Source of the DNA: Candidatus Omnitrophota bacterium
Lineage (GTDB): Bacteria > Omnitrophota > Gorgyraeia > Gygaellales > Profunditerraquicolaceae
Assembly (NCBI GenBank): GCA_049517335.1
Contig: JBEKSD010000012.1
Location: 1-58,377, forward strand
Length of the DNA: 58,377 bases
Direction: 5' to 3'
Shown: positions 1-7,740 of the stretch, piece by piece
Layout of the letters: each line of letters starts with the position of its first letter
How positions within the stretch are numbered: position 1 is the first letter of the stretch
The notes under the pieces: model-generated
Told to the model about the DNA's origin: nothing
The model's database searches: none
Seen by the model: only the letters and a program-made list of their open reading frames with translations
Translations under genes and position numbers: made by a program

Positions 1-516
1 CTCCATGGAGTTGAATACTGTTTGTCGGCAAGAAACGAAACAGGAATAATCATAGCGGATATAGTTAAAGAAGATAAGGATGTAAATCCAGCAACTAATA
101 TGTTTGATCGACTGCTTTTTGAAAGAATGCAATGGAGAATGAACCCGAAGATCAAGCCCCAGTTTACAATTAAGCCCAAGTTTAAATTTGAAACCAGAAG
201 TTGCTGTCTGTTAGATCAAATTCATTATGTAAAATCTAACAGCTCTCTTTTTATTCAAGTTTTAGATATTTTAAATTATATTATTATGCGCGTGTTCACT
301 TATGAATATCTTCGGCTTATTCCTAGCTCTTTGAAGCCAGAATTAGATAAAGTTCCAGTAACTATTGAAGATCTACATTTTCTTATTCAAGAAAACTCAC
401 AGATTTTGAATTATGATGATGAAAGTGAAGATGTTTATTTTCATCCTTCGGAAGCCATTGTTTTAAATACAAAATCATTTTTTAATAATATCCTAATAAC
501 TCTTTTAAACAAATAA
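1..516 (+). CDS. DUF3800-like protein, C-terminal part (5' truncated by the window edge)
   Basis: Frame is open from base 1. Motif 'HYVKSNSSLFIQVLDILNY' resembles the DUF3800 C-terminal S..S..IQ.AD motif. Sequence is AT-rich. Confidence 0.55.
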   Translation, partial: LHGVEYCLSARNETGIIIADIVKEDKDVNPATNMFDRLLFERMQWRMNPKIKPQFTIKPKFKFETRSCCLLDQIHYVKSNSSLFIQVLDILNYIIMRVFTYEYLRLIPSSLKPELDKVPVTIEDLHFLIQENSQILNYDDESEDVYFHPSEAIVLNTKSFFNNILITLLNK

Positions 517-528
517 GGTATAGTTTTT

Positions 529-695
529 TGTGCCCAAAATGTGCCCATCCAAAGTGAAATTATTGTAAAATCTTGTATAATATTGTATAAAATTATAAGA
601 TGTAACTCAATGATAATTCTAAGCTTATTTGCATAACGTATTGTATTACGAAGAGTTAGGGATTTGTGCTTAATAGACTCTTTTCCTTGGCACCA
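529..695 (+). mobile_element. Putative attR of a tRNA-integrated island
   Basis: Direct repeat TGTGCCCA at 529-536 and 540-547 (arm-type), IHF-like sites, and a tRNA 3'-end-like CCTTGGCACCA at 685-695 followed by a terminator hairpin. Confidence 0.5.
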
Positions 696-725
696 ACGTG
701 CAAAATTACGAAACAATCGATATAC

Positions 726-758
726 AATCCTAAGCTCGAAAAGGGCTTGAGATTTTTT
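726..758 (+). terminator. Rho-independent terminator-like hairpin after the tRNA 3' fragment
   Basis: AAGCTC-GAAAA-GGGCTT stem, extendable via AATC/GATT, followed by a T run. Confidence 0.45.
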
Positions 759-810
759 GGCTATAAAGATGAAAAATGAGGTATAATGATAGAAAACAAA
801 GGAGGTCAAG

Positions 811-924
811 ATGATGAACTGGGGATTGTTTGGGCAGATAGTTTTGTTGATAGCCATTTTTGTACTCTTAAAGACTTTTATCAAATGCATGCATGATACC
901 TTTTGTATGAAGTGTAAAAAATAA
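811..924 (+). CDS. 37-aa membrane microprotein with a C-terminal Cys/His cluster (not in the ORF track)
   Basis: GGAGG at 801-805, ATG at 811, translation MMNWGLFGQIVLLIAIFVLLKTFIKCMHDTFCMKCKK*. TATAAT at 782-787 upstream and a terminator downstream. Confidence 0.65.
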   Translation: MMNWGLFGQIVLLIAIFVLLKTFIKCMHDTFCMKCKK

Positions 925-956
925 AAACATAATTCAATAACCGTTATGATTTTGCC

Positions 957-999
957 AAGAATCCCAAGCGTTTAAAGAAATAGCGCTTGGGATTCTTTT
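957..999 (+). terminator. Intrinsic terminator
   Basis: AAGAATCCCAAGCG / CGCTTGGGATTCTT perfect 14-bp inverted repeat ending in a T run. Confidence 0.75.
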
Positions 1000-1009
1000 A
1001 CACCTGCCC

Positions 1010-1038
1010 TTGAAATTTCCTGATTTATAGTGTATATT
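1010..1038 (+). promoter_or_regulatory. Sigma70-like promoter upstream of the PilZ gene
   Basis: TTGAAA (1010-1015), 17-bp spacer, TATATT (1033-1038). Confidence 0.5.
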
Positions 1039-1131
1039 TGTAGTGAAAGCGTTTTCTTATGCCACGGAAAAGGCCAGGTTTTAAGCCTTTTTAATCGTGG
1101 CATTTTTATTTATAAAGGAAGGAGGACTCCT

Positions 1132-1530
1132 ATGATATACCGCCGCCCGTATCTTTCCGATAAGCGTAAATTCCAGCGCTATGATTGTAATCTTACCGTA
1201 TGGTGCAAAGTCCAAGAGCCGCAAGATGTTAGAGCGCAATTCGCGGACAGGGAGCTTGAGGCTACCGCGCTTAACGTAAGCGAAGCAGGAGTAGGTTTAA
1301 TCAGCGACCATCAGATACCCAAACATTCAATACTCAGCCTGACAATGGTGATGTTTAAGGGGAACCCATCAGGGGAAATCAGGGGGCAGCGGCCGCTGGA
1401 AATAAAGGGGAGGGTTTGCTACAGCCAGCCTACCGAGGAAGTCAATAAGTACCGCCTCGGCGTATGTTTTACGGAAATCCCAAGCGAGTATAAAGAGAGG
1501 CTTTCTAATTTTCTTACCGTCCCTGCGTAA
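1132..1530 (+). CDS. PilZ domain protein (c-di-GMP receptor)
   Basis: RxxxR motif (KRKFQR), NxSxxG motif (NVSEAG) and C-terminal YRLGVCF. GGAGG precedes ATG 1132. Confidence 0.85.
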   Translation: MIYRRPYLSDKRKFQRYDCNLTVWCKVQEPQDVRAQFADRELEATALNVSEAGVGLISDHQIPKHSILSLTMVMFKGNPSGEIRGQRPLEIKGRVCYSQPTEEVNKYRLGVCFTEIPSEYKERLSNFLTVPA

Positions 1531-1576
1531 GAAAATATTTTTTTATTTCTCGACGATAAAATATTTTAGCGCACTC

Positions 1577-1604
1577 TTGAAAACATTGGTATTTATGTTA
1601 TGCT
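1577..1604 (+). promoter_or_regulatory. Sigma70-like promoter (extended -10)
   Basis: TTGAAA at 1577-1582 and TGtTATGCT at 1596-1604. Predicted TSS ~1611. Confidence 0.55.
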
Positions 1605-1610
1605 TTATTT

Positions 1611-1768
1611 AGCCTCTAGAAGTACCAGAAACCTTTCAGGCAAGATTGCGAAAAGGCTTGAGCCTTTTGCCAAAAAGGGGGTTCGATAAGTCCTGAATCA
1701 GGTAGAGGCCCAATTAGCCCCCTTTTAATCATCCTAGCCGGGATTAGCAACATTTCCCGGTTTTTTTT
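1611..1768 (+). ncRNA. Candidate structured ncRNA/leader RNA with a pseudoknot and terminator (family not recognised)
   Basis: Nested helices GCCTCT/AGAGGC, ACCT-TTCAGG/CCTGAA-TC-AGGT and GAAAAGGC/GCCTTTT. Pseudoknot AAAAGGGGGTT/AGCCCCCTTTT. Terminator CCGGGA/TCCCGG followed by T8. Confidence 0.55.
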
Positions 1769-1876
1769 GGTTCAAGTCCCGCATTTTTGGGGGAGCTAAC
1801 CTCTTTTTAGGTTTTATTTTTTAGTTTTACCAATATTTCCTTAGATTTAAATATTCTTTACGTCTATTAGAGTAGA

Positions 1877-2581
1877 ATGCCAAAGGACAAAAAATACACT
1901 TTATCCGGTATTAAATCCTGGCCCCAGGAAGACAGGCCACGGGAAAAGCTATTTAGGGCCGGGGAACATTCCTTAAGCAATACCGAGCTTATTGCTATAC
2001 TTCTGCGCAGCGGCGTAAAGGGTGAGAGCGCGCTTGATTTAGCAAGGAAGATTTACTGTAAGTTCGGAAGTTTTAGGAAAATGAGCCATACAGACATACG
2101 GCGGTGGGAAGGAATTAAAGGTTTGGGAAAAGCTAAGATAGCCCAGATTAAAGCGGCGATTGAAATCGGTAAAAGGTTGGGGGAAGAAAAACAAAGGCGT
2201 AACCGCTTAAGAATAGAATGCTCAAAAGATGCGGCGGATATTTTAATGCCGCGGATGCGGGATTTAAAAAAAGAAGTATTCAAAGTTTTACTTTTAAATT
2301 CAGAGAACAGGTTAATAGAGATAGTAGAGGTAGAGGAAGGGACGGTAAATGAGGCATTCCCCATAATAAGGGAAATATTCCAAAAAGCCCTGCAATATTT
2401 CGCCGTATCAATAATTTGCCTTCACAATCACCCATCAGGAAACCATTCCCCAAGTCAGGAGGATAAGGATTTTACGAAAAAACTGATCGAAGCAGGGAGC
2501 GTTCTTCAAATAAAAATCTTAGACCACATAATTATTGGAGATAATGATTATTTTAGTTTTTTAGACGGGAATTTAATTTGA
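1877..2581 (+). CDS. radC: RadC-family (UPF0758) JAB/MPN domain protein
   Basis: N-terminal RPREKL...LSNTELIAILLRSG, HhH segment GIKGLGKAK, and JAMM motif HNHPSG...PSQED...DHIIIG. Confidence 0.93.
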   Translation: MPKDKKYTLSGIKSWPQEDRPREKLFRAGEHSLSNTELIAILLRSGVKGESALDLARKIYCKFGSFRKMSHTDIRRWEGIKGLGKAKIAQIKAAIEIGKRLGEEKQRRNRLRIECSKDAADILMPRMRDLKKEVFKVLLLNSENRLIEIVEVEEGTVNEAFPIIREIFQKALQYFAVSIICLHNHPSGNHSPSQEDKDFTKKLIEAGSVLQIKILDHIIIGDNDYFSFLDGNLI

Positions 2582-2583
2582 GT

Positions 2584-2805
2584 TTATTTAATGAAGAAAT
2601 CGATGCGTTTTTTATAAACCCGGGCAATTTCTTTCAGTTGGATAATGTCAAGCCTGAGCTGGCCGCTCTCAATTTTAGAGACATAAGACTGGGTTCTCTT
2701 TAGTTTTTCGGCAACATCTTTCTGTTTAAGCTTGGCTTGATTACGGACTTTTTTAAGCTGGTTGACTAAGCGGGTATAACTTTGCGTATAAATAGTTTTT
2801 TCCAT
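2584..2805 (-). CDS. XRE-family helix-turn-helix transcriptional regulator
   Basis: HTH_3 signature QKDVAEKLKRTQSYVSKIESGQLRLD. GGAG precedes ATG 2805. Confidence 0.85.
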   Translation of the reverse strand: MEKTIYTQSYTRLVNQLKKVRNQAKLKQKDVAEKLKRTQSYVSKIESGQLRLDIIQLKEIARVYKKRIDFFIK

Positions 2806-2846
2806 ACTTGATTCTCCCAAATATATATGATACACTTTAATCAGAT

Positions 2847-2865
2847 ATATTCCAAAATGGAATAT
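2847..2865. promoter_or_regulatory. Palindromic operator between the divergent XRE and receiver genes
   Basis: ATATTCCA-AAA-TGGAATAT, a perfect 8-bp inverted repeat. Confidence 0.5.
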
Positions 2866-2901
2866 CTATATAAGCGGATTTGGGAAGAAGGTGTTAAATA
2901 T

Positions 2902-3294
2902 ATGAGAATCCTTATTATTGATGATACTGATGAGACTAGAGAAACTATGATATATATCTTCAAGAATAGGGGTTTTATTGTCGATTCAGCCAGAAACGAG
3001 AAAGAAGCACTGGCGATTATGATAAGCAAACCGGATATTATTATCATTAACAGCGTATTCTCGGAAATCTGCGGCTTTGAAATAGGTAGGAGATTGAAAG
3101 ATGACCCTAAGACGCGGAATATTCCGATGATTTTCTTATCTTCTTTAGGCTATCCCGGCGGCGTTATATACCAGACATCGGGAGCCGCGATGGAGTATAT
3201 TCAGAAGCCTTGTGACATCAATTATTTAATTAAAGAAAGTAATAAGCTTATTGCTGAACAGGAAAAATACAACTCAACACATCTTCCTAATTAA
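2902..3294 (+). CDS. Single-domain response regulator receiver, atypical (Asn at the phospho-acceptor position)
   Basis: MRILIIDD..., KPDIIIINS, PMIFLS and EYIQKP match the REC fold. Confidence 0.8.
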   Translation: MRILIIDDTDETRETMIYIFKNRGFIVDSARNEKEALAIMISKPDIIIINSVFSEICGFEIGRRLKDDPKTRNIPMIFLSSLGYPGGVIYQTSGAAMEYIQKPCDINYLIKESNKLIAEQEKYNSTHLPN

Positions 3295-3411
3295 CCGCAA
3301 AACTGCCCCACCAACATAAATCTCTTATCATCTTGGGATGATCGTGGTATAATTATAATTTAAAGGCAAGTAAATAGTTATATTCGGATAAAGCGACAAA
3401 AGGAGCGATTG

Positions 3412-3816
3412 ATGAAGAGTTTAACCGGGGTTGGAATAGTATTTTTATGTTTGGGGCTGGTTTTCTGTATCAATGCTTTTGCGCAGCCGGTAAATATGCA
3501 GGTAATGCAGCAAGAGTTTCAGAAGATGGACGCCAATAAAGACAGTTTTGTAACATCCACAGAAATGCAGGCATATCAGGAAAAAAGGTTTAACGAGCTG
3601 GATAAAGATAAGAACGGCGTTCTTGATTCAAAGGAGCTAAAAGCAGATAAAACGGGGATGTTTGAGAAAGCCGATAAGAATAAAGACGGCAAGGTTACCA
3701 AAAAAGAGGCTACCTCGCAATTTAAGCAATATTTTCAAGATATGGATGCCAATAAAGATAATAAAATATCGGAAGCTGAATATACAGACTATTGGAAGAA
3801 AATAATGAAATTTTAA
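3412..3816 (+). CDS. Secreted EF-hand calcium-binding protein
   Basis: Signal peptide (...AFAQ) and four EF loops: DANKDSFVTSTE, DKDKNGVLDSKE, DKNKDGKVTKKE, DANKDNKISEAE. Confidence 0.85.
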   Translation: MKSLTGVGIVFLCLGLVFCINAFAQPVNMQVMQQEFQKMDANKDSFVTSTEMQAYQEKRFNELDKDKNGVLDSKELKADKTGMFEKADKNKDGKVTKKEATSQFKQYFQDMDANKDNKISEAEYTDYWKKIMKF

Positions 3817-3937
3817 GAACCGGGAATAAAGGGTTTGTTTTGTCATCTCAGGCGTACTTAATAAAATTGCAAAAAGCGGCGGCAACTGCTCTAAATAATA
3901 TATGTTTTGTTGAGTAAAAGAAGGGAAGGAGGCCGGG

Positions 3938-4207
3938 ATGGAAGGGTTAACCGTTTTGCAGGTAATGCGCGCGATCGTTTACTGGTGCAGCCCGATAGTG
4001 TTTTTCGTCGGCGTTCTTTTAGTGATGTATGGTAATTACAAGAGAATTGAACAAACTCTTGGCAAAGAAGCAGGCATTAAAAAGAGGATAGCTCCTGGTT
4101 TAGAAAACAATATTTTTACCTTCCAGGAATGGCTCTTGCAAAGGCATAGTATAGTGGGGTTAATCTGTATGGTTTTTGCATTGATAATTTTCTTTGCCTT
4201 AAGATAA
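3938..4207 (+). CDS. Small two-TM membrane protein of unknown function
   Basis: GGAGG RBS and two hydrophobic segments. Confidence 0.7.
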   Translation: MEGLTVLQVMRAIVYWCSPIVFFVGVLLVMYGNYKRIEQTLGKEAGIKKRIAPGLENNIFTFQEWLLQRHSIVGLICMVFALIIFFALR

Positions 4208-4212
4208 ACGGG

Positions 4213-4563
4213 GTGACTATCCCCCTACCGGGAGATAATATCAAATTCGAAGAGATTAAGAACGCGGTAAAGGGAGTTAAGTTTGTCACTCTGCGTTCTG
4301 ATTCTGATGAGTTATTTGAGGCAGTATTGGTTAAGAGCGATTTAGGGCAGTTGACCGGATGCCTTGTAAAGATTTTCGGTGAACCAGTCTTTCCTGAAGG
4401 AAAGAAATATCCGTTTGACCCGCAAAAGTTGGTTGAAGATTACGGGGGGATTATGCCCGGGCAAACTCTTTATTACCTTGAGCAAGACCTGATTTTTGCT
4501 ATGCTTTGGCCATGGCAGGACGGGGTGAATATTACTTTTAAGCTTATTAAGAAGCCGCAGTAG
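4213..4563 (+). CDS. Hypothetical protein
   Basis: ORF in operon-like spacing with normal composition (GGIMPGQTLY...AMLWPWQD). Confidence 0.6.
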   Translation: MTIPLPGDNIKFEEIKNAVKGVKFVTLRSDSDELFEAVLVKSDLGQLTGCLVKIFGEPVFPEGKKYPFDPQKLVEDYGGIMPGQTLYYLEQDLIFAMLWPWQDGVNITFKLIKKPQ

Positions 4564-4596
4564 GAAATAAGTTGGATAAAGCCGGAAACAGCGCAT

Positions 4597-5034
4597 ATGA
4601 AATACACTAAAGGGCAGATAGGAAGAATATTCTTAGCGAAATTTGAAAATGACGATATCCTGACAGATAATCTCTCCCGGCTCGCTAAGAAAGAAAAGAT
4701 TAAAGCAGGGGTAATGGTATTTTTGGGTGCTTTAAAAAATGGCAAACTTGTTACCGGCCCTAAGAAACCAATTATCCCCCCTGAGCCTAATTGGGTAAAT
4801 TTTAAAGACGGCTGGGAAGTGATGGGGGTAGGCACGGTTTTTACCAACTCCAAGGGCCCCCAGATACATATCCATAGCGCAATGGGCAAGAAACAAAGGA
4901 CGTTAATCGGTTGCGTGCGTAAAGATTCAAAAGTTTTTCTAGTTATTGAAGCGGTTATTTTTGAATTAAAAGGTATTAAAGCAACGAAAGACATTGATCC
5001 GAAGACAGGCTTAAATTTATTAAAAATACTTTAA
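4597..5034 (+). CDS. PPC/DUF296 domain protein
   Basis: FLGAL...EVMGVGTV...HIHSAMG pattern of the AF0104/PPC family. Confidence 0.8.
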   Translation: MKYTKGQIGRIFLAKFENDDILTDNLSRLAKKEKIKAGVMVFLGALKNGKLVTGPKKPIIPPEPNWVNFKDGWEVMGVGTVFTNSKGPQIHIHSAMGKKQRTLIGCVRKDSKVFLVIEAVIFELKGIKATKDIDPKTGLNLLKIL

Positions 5035-5076
5035 TTTTTAAAAGCCCGGATAGGGGTAGGCAGGTAGGGGGTTATT

Positions 5077-6540
5077 ATGGAGCAGATTAAATTTGATTTC
5101 AATAATATGTTCAGCTTCAGCGTGGGAGAAAAACACGGGGTAACTGAAGCTGAATTAGTTGAGTTCCTGCCGAAAGCGCGCGATGCGCATGAGCATTTAA
5201 ACAAAGTGCTGCAAGACACAAAGAGCAGGGTAAAGTTTGGCCTTGAATGGGTGAAGCTTCCTTATCAGGAAGTAAAAGCCATTAACCAAATACAGAACTT
5301 AGGTAAGGAAATCTCCGCAAAATTCCAGAACGTTATCTTCTTAGGTATCGGCGGCTCATACTTGGGGCTCAAAGCAGGGCAGGACGCGCTGGGTTTGCCT
5401 TACGCAAATGAATTTCCCGGGAAGAAATCGCCGAAAATTTATTTTGAAGGCAATAACCTTGACCCGGATACCTTAAGCGTCTTGATTAAAAACCTTAATC
5501 CGAAAAAGAGTTTTGTCGTGGTGATTTCTAAATCAGGCGAGACAACCGAGACAAAAGCAGCCTTCGCAGTAGTTGAGGCCTGGCTTAAGAAATCAGTAGG
5601 CAAAAAATACGGTCGCCAGATTATTGCCATTACTGACTCTGAGCGGGGGAGTTTACGCAAAAAAGTTGACGCGGAGCAAAAAAAAGACAGCTTAAGCTTT
5701 CGTTCCTTTCCTTTACTAAAAGGGGTGGGTGGGAGATACTCCGAATTTAACATGGGGCTGTTGCATCTTGCGCTTATCGGTGTTGATATACAGGAAGTTT
5801 TAAAGGGCGCTGCCGATATGCATCGGCTTTGCAGCAAAGCCGATATACTCAATAACCCGGCTTATATGTACGCAGTACTGCACACTATTTTATATAAGAA
5901 GAAAAATAAACCGTTGGCAATCCTTATGCCTTTTTCCGAAACCCTTAAGTCAAGCGCAGACTGGTATATCCAGTTATTGGCGGAAAGTTTAGGGAAAAAA
6001 TTCGCAAGACGGATTGAGTTCCAGGATGGACAGGAGCAGTGGCTGAGAGATCAAAACAATATTATCAATACCGGCCGGACCCCTATTTCAGCGCGTGGCA
6101 CAGGAGATCTGCATTCAATACAGCAAAATAGTATAGAGGGAGAGAATAACAAGGTAACTACTTTTATCAGGGTTGAAAAATTCAGAAAAGAATGTAAGGT
6201 TCCGGCTAAGGCTGGTATTTTATCCGGTAAAACTTTTTCCGCTTTGATGAGATTGGCTCAGGAAGCAACGGAATGGGCGCTGGTAAGGGAGGAGAGGCCG
6301 AACTGTACGATAATCCTGCCCGAAGTTTCTCCTTATTATTGGGGAGGATTATTATTCTTTTTTGAAATGGCGACTGCCTTTGAGGGCGAGCTTCTGAACG
6401 TCAATGCCTTTGACCAGCCGGGTGTGGAAGGCTATAAAAATTACATATATTACAAGCTGGGTAAGCCGGGCCTAGCGCCTGAAGTTGCTGCTGAAATCAA
6501 GAGCACGCCTTTAATAAAAAACCCCAAATATATACTCTAA
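5077..6540 (+). CDS. pgi: Glucose-6-phosphate isomerase
   Basis: Motifs GIGGSYLG, SKSGETTET, VGGRYS, QLLAESLGK and NAFDQPGVEGYK. Confidence 0.95.
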   Translation: MEQIKFDFNNMFSFSVGEKHGVTEAELVEFLPKARDAHEHLNKVLQDTKSRVKFGLEWVKLPYQEVKAINQIQNLGKEISAKFQNVIFLGIGGSYLGLKAGQDALGLPYANEFPGKKSPKIYFEGNNLDPDTLSVLIKNLNPKKSFVVVISKSGETTETKAAFAVVEAWLKKSVGKKYGRQIIAITDSERGSLRKKVDAEQKKDSLSFRSFPLLKGVGGRYSEFNMGLLHLALIGVDIQEVLKGAADMHRLCSKADILNNPAYMYAVLHTILYKKKNKPLAILMPFSETLKSSADWYIQLLAESLGKKFARRIEFQDGQEQWLRDQNNIINTGRTPISARGTGDLHSIQQNSIEGENNKVTTFIRVEKFRKECKVPAKAGILSGKTFSALMRLAQEATEWALVREERPNCTIILPEVSPYYWGGLLFFFEMATAFEGELLNVNAFDQPGVEGYKNYIYYKLGKPGLAPEVAAEIKSTPLIKNPKYIL

Positions 6541-6562
6541 AAAGAACCGCCTCTGTCTCATT

Positions 6563-7522
6563 ATGCTAAAGATCGGTTCGCTTAATTTAAAATCTAATTT
6601 AATCCTTGCCCCTATGGCGGGGATTAGTGACCTGCCTTTTCGCCTGATAAACCATAAATTCGACGCTGAGCTTGCCTTTGTGGAGATGATTAACGCGCGC
6701 TCCATAGGGCATAAGAGCCGTCGCACACGGGCAATGCTTGAGACTACAAAAGAAGATAAGCCTTTGGGTGTGCAGTTATTGGGCTGGGAGCAGTGTTACC
6801 TTGAAAAGGCGCTTGAAGTGCTTAATGAGTATAAATTTGATATCCTTGATTTTAATGCCGCATGTCCGGCCAAAAAAGTGGTACGCAGGGGCGAAGGTGC
6901 AGCGCTTTTAAAAAAACCTAAAGAATTACAGAAGATTTTGAAGATAATAGTTAGAGCTTCTAGAGTCCCGGTAACGGTAAAAATACGCTCAGGATGGGAT
7001 AAAAATTCGGTAAATGCCATAGAGGTCGCCCTTTACGCACAAGATGCCGGTATTAATGCCGTTTTTGTCCACGGCCGGACGAAAACGCAAGAATATAGCG
7101 GAAAAGTTGATTATAATCTTATCGGGAGGGTGAAAAAAGCGCTGAATATCCCGGTTATCGCAAGCGGGGATATATTCAGCGCTGAGTTGGTTAAGAAAAT
7201 GTTTGATGAGACCGGCTGCGACGCAGTTGCGCTTGCCCGGGGCGTATTAGGTAACCCGTGGTTATTCAGAGAAGCAAAAGAGTACCTTAAGGAAGGAAAA
7301 ATCCTCACCCCGCCACAGCCTGGTGAGATTATTAAGGTTATGCTTGAGCACCTAAATGGGTGTATTAATTTCTTTGGCGAGGCCGTAGGAGTGATGAAAT
7401 TCCGTAAGTTTTTTATATGGTACACAAAGGGGTTCCGGAATATCAGGCCGCTGCGGGAGAGTGCATCCAGAACCAAGAGAAAGGTGGATATGATTAGGAT
7501 AATTGAGGGCTGTGCTCATTAA
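6563..7522 (+). CDS. dusB: tRNA-dihydrouridine synthase B
   Basis: Motifs LAPMAGISDLPFR, DFNAACPAKKV, VTVKIRSGWD and VHGRT. Confidence 0.92.
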   Translation: MLKIGSLNLKSNLILAPMAGISDLPFRLINHKFDAELAFVEMINARSIGHKSRRTRAMLETTKEDKPLGVQLLGWEQCYLEKALEVLNEYKFDILDFNAACPAKKVVRRGEGAALLKKPKELQKILKIIVRASRVPVTVKIRSGWDKNSVNAIEVALYAQDAGINAVFVHGRTKTQEYSGKVDYNLIGRVKKALNIPVIASGDIFSAELVKKMFDETGCDAVALARGVLGNPWLFREAKEYLKEGKILTPPQPGEIIKVMLEHLNGCINFFGEAVGVMKFRKFFIWYTKGFRNIRPLRESASRTKRKVDMIRIIEGCAH

Positions 7523-7556
7523 CAAAAAACCCCGAATATTTTCGGGGTCTTTTTGT
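7522..7556. terminator. Bidirectional intrinsic terminator
   Basis: ACAAAAAACCCCGAA...TTCGGGGTCTTTTTGT, with A/T runs on both sides. Confidence 0.8.
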
Positions 7557-7627
7557 AGGTGATAGGCCTAATAGCTTGCGCTATCTCGAAACCTTCCTCC
7601 TTGTTGTTAGTTTTATTTATCAAGTGT
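7522..7627 (-). ncRNA. Candidate small RNA between dusB and recG
   Basis: Minus-strand promoter TTGAAA (7662-7657), 17 bp, CATATT (7639-7634) with TG. Contains a GCAA-tetraloop hairpin and a terminator. No start codon follows its GGAGG. Confidence 0.45.
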
Positions 7628-7740
7628 AAATAAAATATGACATACGCTGCGTTGTTTTTCAAGGGTATTTCGGCAAAAAAAGAAAGCGCTATTAAAATTA
7701 ATTGACATCCTTTAAGCTCTGTGTAAAAATTTAAAAAAAG

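Noticed and set aside
441-890. 149-aa minus-strand ORF
   Set aside because: It crosses the att-like region, the DUF3800 3' end and the better-supported 811-924 ORF. No RBS or recognisable motif.
1030-1131. N-terminal extension of the PilZ ORF from GTG 1030
   Set aside because: It overlaps the promoter and leader hairpin. The strong RBS supports ATG 1132.
1611-1768. Assignment to tmRNA, SRP, 6S, T-box or c-di-GMP riboswitch
   Set aside because: Diagnostic motifs are absent by eye (tRNA-like ends, SRP GGAA/AGCAG loop, UGGNACC, GEMM GCAAA/GAAA arrangement), so it is left unassigned.
1769-1781. GGTTCAAGTCCCG, tRNA T-arm-like
   Set aside because: No acceptor stem, CCA end or cloverleaf can be built around it.
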